Shown here one piece after another: positions 57,801 to 64,000 of a DNA stretch of 64,000 nucleotides. The DNA lies in the IMG/VR virus record IMGVR_UViG_3300045988_081205; one strand, 5' to 3'. The notes beneath the pieces are model-generated. The model was not told the origin of the DNA. It searched no databases and saw nothing but the letters and a program-made list of their open reading frames with translations. The first letter of the stretch is position 1; each line of letters opens with the position of its first letter. This stretch comes from a virus. The translations under genes and the position numbers were made by a program.

Positions 57801-59281
57801 GTAGAATCTACATACTCATGTAGAGCTTCAAACGCTGCATTGGTTGCATCTTCAACAGACTCGAACGTTCCCTTTAGCGCATTTGCTTGTTCATCTGTTA
57901 TAGTTAGAGTTTGTTGCCAAGTTGTAAGTGTTTTGTTACCAAATTCATCTGTGCTTAATCCGCTTACGGTTGCGCCAGTTACTTGTTTACCACCAGTTGT
58001 AACTTTACGGGCTGCCTCAACTGTGTCTGTCTGACGTAATTCAATCAGCTTTTCATAAGCTTCAATCTGCTTCTCTAGCTGCTCACGTTCTGCTTGTAGT
58101 TCTGCTTCGTTACCATCATATGGTGTATTATTAAGCTCATCTAGCTTTTTCTTAGTTTCTTCATACCCTGTCTTGGTATTTTCTAGCTCTTGGTTAGCTT
58201 CGTCCATAGAGGCAACAAGATTCTCAAACTTATTGTTTTCTACGGCTTGATTTACAGCTTTAATAACTTCAACTAAAGCTGTAATAGCTGCAACTGTGCC
58301 ACCAACTATGAGCGCGATTTTGCCACTGGCAAGCATACCTAGGAACGAGTCGCCACCAACTCCTAGATTTTTAAGTTGTAAACCAACCTCAGCTATCTTG
58401 CCTACAGTTTGCCCAACGATACCAACTAGACCAGTAACACCAGTGCTTAATACACCAATTCTAGTAACAGCTGCGCCGACATCATTGTTAGCAAAATTAA
58501 GCATAGCTGTACCAGCATTGATGAAACCGCCAACTAGGTCTTTTGATAATACGCGATTTGCAAAATCTTCAAATTCTGCTTTAAGAGCCTGTTGCTTTGC
58601 TTCTAGGCTCTCCATATATTTACTGTTTTCCTGTGCCGCAGAGCCAGCAGACTCTAAGGCTGCTTTGGTTGCATCAGCCGCATGACCAAAGTTCTGCATC
58701 ACACTGGCAAGGACTTTATATTGATTCTGTCCCGCGATAGTATCACCAAGAGCCGTTCTTTGTGCATCTGTCATTGAATCCCATTTAGGCTTCAATTCAG
58801 ACAGCACATCAAATGTACTCTTTAGACTACCGTCTACATTTTCTACTGTAATGCCATATTCTGCAAGCGCATCTTGATTCTTTACAATACGAGCCGCAAT
58901 AGTAGATAATCCACGCGCAACCTGACTACTGCGCCCTTGCATGATTTCTGTACCGCTAGTTACGAGACCTATGACTTGTTCAAATGAATTGCCATAAGTA
59001 GCCATACCACTAGCGGCAATTTCCATTGCTTGTGATATGTCATTGGTGCCTACACTAAAATTGTTTGCCACTTCATTGTATGCGTCTATAACATGAGTGG
59101 CAAAATTAGCATCTTTACCAAATGCACGAATCTGAGAAACAATAGATGCGGCTGCATCTTCTGCTGAAACAGCCGTATCAGCTACGTTCTGATAAGAAGC
59201 AGCAACTTTTGCAAGCATAGCGGCATCCGAATCGTTGAATCCGCTCTTGCGGAACATAGATGCTGCTGATACCATCTCTGA
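54881..59281 (-). CDS. tail tape measure protein, 3' exon (or C-terminal fragment)
   Basis: 1464-aa ORF with coiled-coil-rich repeats and a GGGGGGSSS tract; N-terminal SEMVSAASMFRKSGFNDSDAAML continues the TP901-type domain begun in 59873..60298. Confidence 0.75.
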   Translation of the reverse strand, partial: SEMVSAASMFRKSGFNDSDAAMLAKVAASYQNVADTAVSAEDAAASIVSQIRAFGKDANFATHVIDAYNEVANNFSVGTNDISQAMEIAASGMATYGNSFEQVIGLVTSGTEIMQGRSSQVARGLSTIAARIVKNQDALAEYGITVENVDGSLKSTFDVLSELKPKWDSMTDAQRTALGDTIAGQNQYKVLASVMQNFGHAADATKAALESAGSAAQENSKYMESLEAKQQALKAEFEDFANRVLSKDLVGGFINAGTAMLNFANNDVGAAVTRIGVLSTGVTGLVGIVGQTVGKIAEVGLQLKNLGVGGDSFLGMLASGKIALIVGGTVAAITALVEVIKAVNQAVENNKFENLVASMDEANQELENTKTGYEETKKKLDELNNTPYDGNEAELQAEREQLEKQIEAYEKLIELRQTDTVEAARKVTTGGKQVTGATVSGLSTDEFGNKTLTTWQQTLTITDEQANALKGTFESVEDATNAAFEALHEYVDSTSYDAYLEASSLGNWSEAAEIAKNALNGLGVTITETKQKTIDWAQSQGQSLANWSKYTQDVITSSDSATRQVGELVTSTEDYYNALKILADNGENLDQWQVDFINNWETLNGVVQNTDLSGAANDVQELGVAEEESASKLDTYIAALDQYRGANENADDASGVLVNSLFDANGQLTEAAKQALSTSGSMASMAQSFIQAQQAQAQADFSALILAIQEVGNAAMITTSQLASMMDMAGVSTASDLVGGRAAGTTSDMEGLRQAYFRTFGKSADADIAGFNKWVTSQIQSAGQSNYKKKMEEYKKQLESIKPFVSTGGGGGGGSSSTKKDQEEVKAQTINTIEELREYLTDESTRLKLIDPDISKSDLQSTLSEVATIYQSYQDYLSQLKQQGFDETSEQYKQAEAEFAQFVEVLKTLFSEIVSEGTYSVDELITYIEKNCGDLSGSISGLLDGLKDKVSSTVSSITGSIHQAFASGNANSAITAIEEAWAMIRQMGASIEEQYNAAVAKAVKNASAEKGIAEEAAEEYDRQNQLLEDKIALEEKLEALEKAKQRRMLVYSEGRFQYMQDSDAISSAQKDYQETYRGIEQSQTKDLMSMLGDESKAFFKKYFSNGGDVLNYPNALRKHLLQYAQGQISGTVYEGMSEEGLYDTFGEAMKPGDAYKQILIAYNEAQAAREERRQREAELKKQIREENVRSYGVQTDFGEKIKNAQSQAEVAYWTQLRDTKQQMIKEYREAYGDEAASKYFGTDVSKQDTWASNRDLYKEAWEHQTDAWSTKPGEFKQDELGYIDQSNTSAAMHGGYKKIPADLLATEYNVADALDFEGLADQRLYDKLFSESLTKDEVQDLYDKAQYDITKGYLLNYASEMKKIGAQGYARGTRNADSGLSLVGENGPELRVLNQGDGILPSGITDNLWRWGSMTPSDMLSSLAQKAQSLAQTLNISNVTLPNVRDAQSFVSGLRELAQQYVTRRS

Positions 59282-59301
59282 CGGTTATAAATTATCTAAT
59301 A

Positions 59302-59505
59302 TTATAGCTTTCCCCAACGCCAATCATCATCTAATCCCCATTCATTGATTCGCCGCTCTTCCTCTTTTGCTCGGCTATCAATATGATAAGGTTGTTGATT
59401 ATTTTGTTGATTGTCATGTTTTCCAAACAATCCAACTATCACACAGTATAATGTCCAGATACCAATAGCTGGAAAAATCAACATAATAAGCATTAAAGCA
59501 AACAT
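59302..59505 (-). CDS. 67-aa membrane protein encoded within the insert
   Basis: ATG 59505 is 8 nt after AAGGAGG; TM MFALMLIMLIFPAIGIWTLYCVIVGLF; bracketed by a 14-bp inverted repeat. Confidence 0.55.
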   Translation of the reverse strand: MFALMLIMLIFPAIGIWTLYCVIVGLFGKHDNQQNNQQPYHIDSRAKEEERRINEWGLDDDWRWGKL

Positions 59506-59531
59506 GATAGATACCTCCTTTAAGTATCTAT

Positions 59532-59560
59532 AACATAGCACATATTAGATAATTTGTCAA
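59532..59560 (-). promoter_or_regulatory. sigma70-type promoter inside the intron-like insert
   Basis: Minus strand TTGACA (59560-59555), 17 nt, TGcTATGTT. Confidence 0.5.
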
Positions 59561-59872
59561 GGGGTTTTCAAGCCCTTCCCGAATAATTCTTTACCCTATA
59601 TATTTGGAGGGTCGCCCTGTATATTCTGTTGACACATCCCTCATCAGGACTTCGCGCCCAATCTGCCCTTTTATGATACATTATTTATCATTGATTCTTT
59701 AGGTTTTTCAACCATGGAATCATCCTTATCGTCTTTCTGCTTTCGCACTAATTCATTGTTAATAATGAATAATTTTCACACTCAGGCATATCTCATCCTC
59801 ATGTTGTAGTGATAAGGCTCTTGAGGCTTTCAAGGGTTTAGGGGCTGTTCTCTATGCACATTTACCATCTGT

Positions 59873-60298
59873 ACATACCGGCTCAGACCGATTTGGTTTA
59901 CCGGTTCTTGCTACTTCTCTGCCAGATTGACTTAGCTTTGTAACATATTTATCAAGTGCTGTACCCTGTAAATCACTGACCTTCTTAAAGTCGGTCATAG
60001 CATCATCAAGATTCTTGACTTGCTCATACATACTGCTTAAAGCACCTGTTGCTAAATCAAGAACTTGTCTAAACTGCTGATAAGTAACAGCAATATTTTC
60101 TGTTTCTGCGTTAAGATTTTTCGTGGATTGAGTTACACCATCTAGCTCTTTTTTAGTTCGCTCTGCACCATCTGCTGTAACACCAATCTTTAACTTAGTA
60201 TCTTTATTATTTTGGATTTCTCTAAGTTGTTTCTTTATACTCTCTTCCTGCAGCTGAACATCAACCAGAATCGAGTAGTTAGAGTTACTTCCAGCCAT
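59873..60298 (-). CDS. tail tape measure protein, 5' exon (or N-terminal fragment)
   Basis: TDFKKVSDLQGTALDKYVTKLSQSGREVARTGKP matches the start of the TP901-type tape measure domain; the ORF runs into a stop 21 nt inside the insert. Confidence 0.65.
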
Positions 60299-60301
60299 TC
60301 A

Positions 60302-60802
60302 TCACACTCCCTTTTTTATTTGTGAGTAGGCTATGAGGATTCCTTCTGCGCAATCATCCTCATTTTTTTTGCTACTTGGGGCAACCCATGCCAATTCGAG
60401 GCCAAATTCTTCATTCGCCATCTCTATGGCTTTTTTCTTCAGAACATCTCTTTGTAATCCAGCTCTAGTACCATCAAAGAGATTAAGGTCGCCACGCCAT
60501 TTACTTGGCATCAAGAAGCATGGCTTTATCTTGAAGCCAGCACATAATGCTAATATCACGCCTTGTACTGCGCCCAATTTTTCTATGGTAGACGCTCCTT
60601 TTTTTAATGGCACTTCCTCAGCATAGAGAATTGTCGGCTTATACTGTCTAAATATGCTTGATAATTCCATAGTAAGCCCCATTACTCTGTCATGCCAATC
60701 ATCGCCCTTTGGCTTAATTGTGCCATATGCAATGAGCCGCCCATTATCAAATATAGACCATCCAGTAGATGACGTACTAGCATCTAATCCTGCTATAATC
60801 AT
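60302..60802 (-). CDS. ruvC: RuvC-like Holliday junction resolvase
   Basis: IAGLDASTSSTGW start, LYAEEVP, C-terminal DDCAEGILIAY: the RuvC-family acidic residue pattern. Confidence 0.7.
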   Translation of the reverse strand: MIIAGLDASTSSTGWSIFDNGRLIAYGTIKPKGDDWHDRVMGLTMELSSIFRQYKPTILYAEEVPLKKGASTIEKLGAVQGVILALCAGFKIKPCFLMPSKWRGDLNLFDGTRAGLQRDVLKKKAIEMANEEFGLELAWVAPSSKKNEDDCAEGILIAYSQIKKGV

Positions 60803-60804
60803 AT

Positions 60805-61359
60805 CTAGTCCACCTTAGTTGTCGTGACCTCTATGGCTTTATTGTGCATCTGCACTTTAAGCCCAGCCGCCTCCAACCCCTCTTTCATCCATTGTTTCAT
60901 CTTGCGTCTACCTATGCGTTTATTCAGTTCTTCCCATGCGTCACGCTTTTTTCTGAATGCGCCATCACCGAATAGCGAACCGGTCGCGCCGTTATATATC
61001 AATTCAGCTAAATATGGTCGCGCATCTTGTCCATAGAAATCACCAACTAGACCAATATGTTGTCCATAGCTAGAGCTACTTGGGTCAGTGCTACCAATGC
61101 TCATCTTATCGGGTTTGTATTTGAACTCGCCCTCAACTGTTCTTTCATTTACTACTTTTGTAGTACCAGCTCCCCATGCTCTATAGAAATCACCAGTCCG
61201 CTCATATTCTTCTGGGCTATATGCCATATACACTATATCATGTATCGCGCCTATATTCTCATCATATATCTTGTCTATGACATAGTTTATAGCTTTAGCT
61301 ATAGGGCTATGTAACATAGCTAAGACTTCTTTATCATTTCGTGCTTGGGATAGAGGCAT
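60805..61359 (-). CDS. hypothetical structural-module protein
   Basis: ORF track; own SD GAGGTGA 6 nt upstream. Confidence 0.55.
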   Translation of the reverse strand: MPLSQARNDKEVLAMLHSPIAKAINYVIDKIYDENIGAIHDIVYMAYSPEEYERTGDFYRAWGAGTTKVVNERTVEGEFKYKPDKMSIGSTDPSSSSYGQHIGLVGDFYGQDARPYLAELIYNGATGSLFGDGAFRKKRDAWEELNKRIGRRKMKQWMKEGLEAAGLKVQMHNKAIEVTTTKVD

Positions 61360-61735
61360 TTTTCATCACCTCATCTACCTTATTACTAAATCTTGGTAAT
61401 TCTCTTGCAATCTGCGTAATAGACTTCTGTAGAGATTCTTCATACTTGATGGCATCATACAACTGGAAGATATTTTCAATTCTATCATGCACTTCTTCAA
61501 TGATGCCCGTCTTTAACCAATAATCATGATCATGCGCCTCAATTTCTTCTTTCTTGAGGTCAGTTGCAAAATATAGAATGCACATATCAATGCTCTGTTG
61601 CCGCTCTGCCCATGAATTTAGTTTCTTTAGCCCATCAACAATAGACTGAATTTGACTATACGTTAGATACTGATTGACCTTAATGCCATATTCTTTAATC
61701 TCTACTGGCTCTTTGCTCATAATATTTTCCTTCAT
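61334..61735 (-). CDS. tail assembly chaperone candidate (by position)
   Basis: ORF track; lies between the tail tube gene and the tape measure. Confidence 0.45.
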   Translation of the reverse strand: MKENIMSKEPVEIKEYGIKVNQYLTYSQIQSIVDGLKKLNSWAERQQSIDMCILYFATDLKKEEIEAHDHDYWLKTGIIEEVHDRIENIFQLYDAIKYEESLQKSITQIARELPRFSNKVDEVMKNASIPSTK

Positions 61736-62061
61736 TATTCCTTATTCTCCTTTACAATTACCTTATATTTTCCTTTATATTTCCTTAATTCTACATTATC
61801 TGGGATATAATTATATGGGTTTTCCACCTTAATAACCTCATCACCCACTTTGACGTATAGATAGCCATGCCGCTCAAACTGTACATTGCCAGTTGGCGCA
61901 GACTTGATTGGGCAATTCGCCATATATGCTAGGGGCTTCCAAATATGATGCTCAATACAACGCCTGACATGAGGACAGATAGGATTTCCCTCTTGCTTGT
62001 TGCAAGTTGGGATTTCGTCATAATTCACTACATTACAATATGGACAATCCACTATTTTCAC
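61735..62061 (-). CDS. hypothetical Cys-rich protein
   Basis: ORF track; CPYCN...CPHVRRC. Confidence 0.5.
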   Translation of the reverse strand: MKIVDCPYCNVVNYDEIPTCNKQEGNPICPHVRRCIEHHIWKPLAYMANCPIKSAPTGNVQFERHGYLYVKVGDEVIKVENPYNYIPDNVELRKYKGKYKVIVKENKE

Positions 62062-62077
62062 CTACTTTGTTTGAATG

Positions 62078-62114
62078 TAATAAAATGGGGAAAGATACGA
62101 ATATCTCTCCCCAT
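62078..62114 (-). terminator. intrinsic terminator/attenuator after the tail tube gene
   Basis: Minus-strand 13-bp stem AUGGGGAGAGAUA / UAUCUUUCCCCAU with loop UUCG, followed by a U-rich tail. Confidence 0.6.
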
Positions 62115-62128
62115 TAAAATTAAACGCA

Positions 62129-63199
62129 TTAGCCGGTTACAGTAACCTCAGCATAACCAACAACGGCTGGACCATTGCCGGGGTCAGCACCCTTTAGAGT
62201 TGCAGAAATATGAGCCGTGCCAGCCTTAGCCGCAGTGACTACGCCAGCCGTACTAATAGTAACCACACCATCTCCATCTTCTTCAGCGAACGTAAAGTTA
62301 GCATTATCAACAATCTTAGGAGCCTTATTGCCATCAAATAGCACATAGCAAACTAGAGCCTGAGTGCCCCCATTTGCTAGAGCAATATCAGCATCCTCAA
62401 ATGCGATGGCTCTGACTTCGTTCTGCCACTTTGCGCCAAAGATTTCTTCGGTCATAGTGCCATAGTAAGATTCAGCCTCGCAAGAATCAGTGTTATCAAC
62501 TGCTAGAGCAGAGCCAGACAGAGAAACAGTAGCCGCAGAAGTTGCGGTAAGATTAAGGTCTTGTGCGCCGTCAAGCTGTAGTCTAGGAATATCAGTGATT
62601 AGACGACCAACTTTGGTTGCATTGTTCGTAGTGGAAATATCCGCATTGAACAGGTCGTTAAGAATGATGACATGAAGCTCATCTGGTACATAGTCAACTG
62701 GGATAATAATGCTATCAGCATTGGCATTCTGATAGAAATACATCACACAATACTTCTCGCCAGCCTTAGCGTTAGGAATAGCCATTGTATATGCGCCAGC
62801 CGCTTCAGTAATAGTGCCAACGGTATAGTCCTTCTCGCTAGGAGTACGATACCAACCAATCATAGAACCAGCAACAGCGGTTGGAGCCTGTGGCAAAGTG
62901 ACCTTACCAGCAGTCTGAACGGTTAGCTCATTTTGATAAACACCAAGACCGCCCTTCTGTAGATCAACACCAAGGTTAGCGGCAATATACTCTAGCTTGA
63001 AGCAAGAGTCAGTAATCTGAACAGTTAGACCAGAGTCATGGTAATACTTACCGATTAGTGCATTGCCCTTACCTCCACGGATTTCCTCCGAAGAAATAGT
63101 AAAGCCAAAGGTTGACTCGGTTAGAGTCTTAGCGAAGCCGATGATAGTCTGACCCTTAAGGAGAATAGCATCACCAACGCCAGCTAGGAATTTTCTCAT
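62129..63199 (-). CDS. major tail (tube) protein with C-terminal Ig-like (Big_2-type) domain
   Basis: Position upstream of chaperone and tape measure; C-terminal VVTISTAGVVTAAKAGTAHISATL...AEVTVTG resembles Big_2; strong terminator follows. Confidence 0.55.
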   Translation of the reverse strand: MRKFLAGVGDAILLKGQTIIGFAKTLTESTFGFTISSEEIRGGKGNALIGKYYHDSGLTVQITDSCFKLEYIAANLGVDLQKGGLGVYQNELTVQTAGKVTLPQAPTAVAGSMIGWYRTPSEKDYTVGTITEAAGAYTMAIPNAKAGEKYCVMYFYQNANADSIIIPVDYVPDELHVIILNDLFNADISTTNNATKVGRLITDIPRLQLDGAQDLNLTATSAATVSLSGSALAVDNTDSCEAESYYGTMTEEIFGAKWQNEVRAIAFEDADIALANGGTQALVCYVLFDGNKAPKIVDNANFTFAEEDGDGVVTISTAGVVTAAKAGTAHISATLKGADPGNGPAVVGYAEVTVTG

Positions 63200-63213
63200 A
63201 TAAGATTTCCTCC

Positions 63214-64000
63214 TTATTGATTTACAATGTTATTTATTTGTTTTATCATATCGGAGTTGGCTTGTTTAACTATGCCATCTCCACCCATAGATTTATTGTA
63301 AGACTCAACAGATGTAATATACCCATCGAGCCTGTCTTTCTTTTTCTTGTATATCCAATGCTCAAGCTCTTTAGCTTTTCCAGCATATAGCATAATAGGA
63401 CGCAAAGTTGTAAACTCAACCTCTCCTGCGCATTCTTCAAATAATAACTGCAATGACCGCATTGTATACTGCATCAATGTTTGCTTATCAATGCCGCAAT
63501 GAGCCGTAATGATAGCCATACGCCGTTCTAGGCTCGGTGTGCTGATACCCTGACTTTTCAATCTATCTACTTCACCCATCATCTTTTTCAAATCTGGATC
63601 GATATAGGTATCATCATAGTGCGGCACGTTCTGATACAATATGATGCGCTTAATATCATCAAATTGCTTACCTGTAATTTCAAACGAATCATCAGGCGCA
63701 AGTATGCTAATTTTTTTCTTTTCATTCATCTTGATTTTCCAATCTGGCATACCAAGACACAATTTCAAAATATTACAGAATTTATCTAGCATCAATCCTG
63801 ATTGGTCTGTAGGTAACATGACTTTAAGTAAAAAATCAAGATAGCTCATCTGTATTATCTCAACAGAATTAAGCGCGTTTTTATCTATTTGAAGAATATC
63901 ACAACTTGACAAAAAGACCTCGCTGTCGTATACTGATATAGGCGTTATATCAATATGGGTCGTATCTGATAATTTATATGGTACCGGCTTATCGAAATAA
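63214..64000 (-). CDS. hypothetical late protein (5' end may lie beyond the window)
   Basis: ORF 63214..63912; the frame stays open to the window edge. Confidence 0.5.
   Translation of the reverse strand, partial: YFDKPVPYKLSDTTHIDITPISVYDSEVFLSSCDILQIDKNALNSVEIIQMSYLDFLLKVMLPTDQSGLMLDKFCNILKLCLGMPDWKIKMNEKKKISILAPDDSFEITGKQFDDIKRIILYQNVPHYDDTYIDPDLKKMMGEVDRLKSQGISTPSLERRMAIITAHCGIDKQTLMQYTMRSLQLLFEECAGEVEFTTLRPIMLYAGKAKELEHWIYKKKKDRLDGYITSVESYNKSMGGDGIVKQANSDMIKQINNIVNQ

Larger units (their letters stand above)
59282..59872 (-). mobile_element. candidate group I intron interrupting the tape measure gene
   Basis: P1-like helix with a G-U at 59873; R/S-like elements forming P7 (59628-59622 with 59585-59580); in-frame terminal G at 59282 or 59276; boundaries provisional. 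Confidence 0.55.

Noticed and set aside
59270-59870. 8-nt direct repeat AGATGGTA at both ends of the tape measure insert, considered as a target-site duplication
   Set aside because: Joining the exons across one copy puts the 3' part out of frame, so the repeat does not define the element boundaries.
61334-61359. 26-nt overlap of 61334..61735 and 60805..61359 as a G/GT-type -1 frameshift
   Set aside because: The downstream frame is +1, not -1, there is no X_XXY_YYZ heptamer, and the downstream ORF has its own ATG with GAGGTGA 6 nt upstream.
44934-64000. Stop-codon reassignment in late genes (prompted by the odd tRNA-like elements)
   Set aside because: Late genes, including the 1464-aa ORF, are intact in the standard code, and none of the tRNA-like loops reads CUA, UUA or UCA at positions 34-36.

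Overview
This window looks like about 64 kb of a tailed dsDNA phage genome (siphovirus-like, low GC, SD-rich, so probably a Firmicutes host; host is inference). Positions 1-44.9 kb are almost entirely plus-strand early/middle genes. They include many small ORFs, a Lar-like protein, an HU-like protein, a tyrosine recombinase, a beta-CASP nuclease and a DnaE-type polymerase. They also include a Sak4-like ATPase, an SSB-like protein, DnaB-like helicase, DnaG-like primase, RecJ-like exonuclease, Dam-like methyltransferase and an SF1 helicase. The block ends with class II RNR, a ThyX-like protein, a DUF4406 protein and dUTPase. Positions 44.9-64 kb are minus-strand late genes: tail tube, tape measure, baseplate and fibre proteins, holin and endolysin. 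The two blocks converge on a shared hairpin terminator near 44.9 kb. The early block is punctuated by at least 17 near-identical consensus promoters (TTGACA, 17 nt, TGnTATAAT). Selfish elements are frequent: three free-standing HNH endonuclease cassettes, a LAGLIDADG intein splitting the Walker A motif of the SF1 helicase, and a ~0.6 kb insert with group I intron core features splitting the tape measure gene. Four items seem most worth follow-up. (1) The intron-like insert, which carries its own promoter and a small membrane ORF. (2) A covarying two-hairpin plus pseudoknot leader shared by all three HNH genes that would mask their Shine-Dalgarno sequences. (3) A promoter-driven, ORF-free, hairpin-rich ~1.7 kb region with three tRNA-like modules, a candidate large structured RNA. 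(4) Promoters whose spacers carry anti-SD sequences. All calls come from reading the sequence and motif recall; no searches or folding programs were run.
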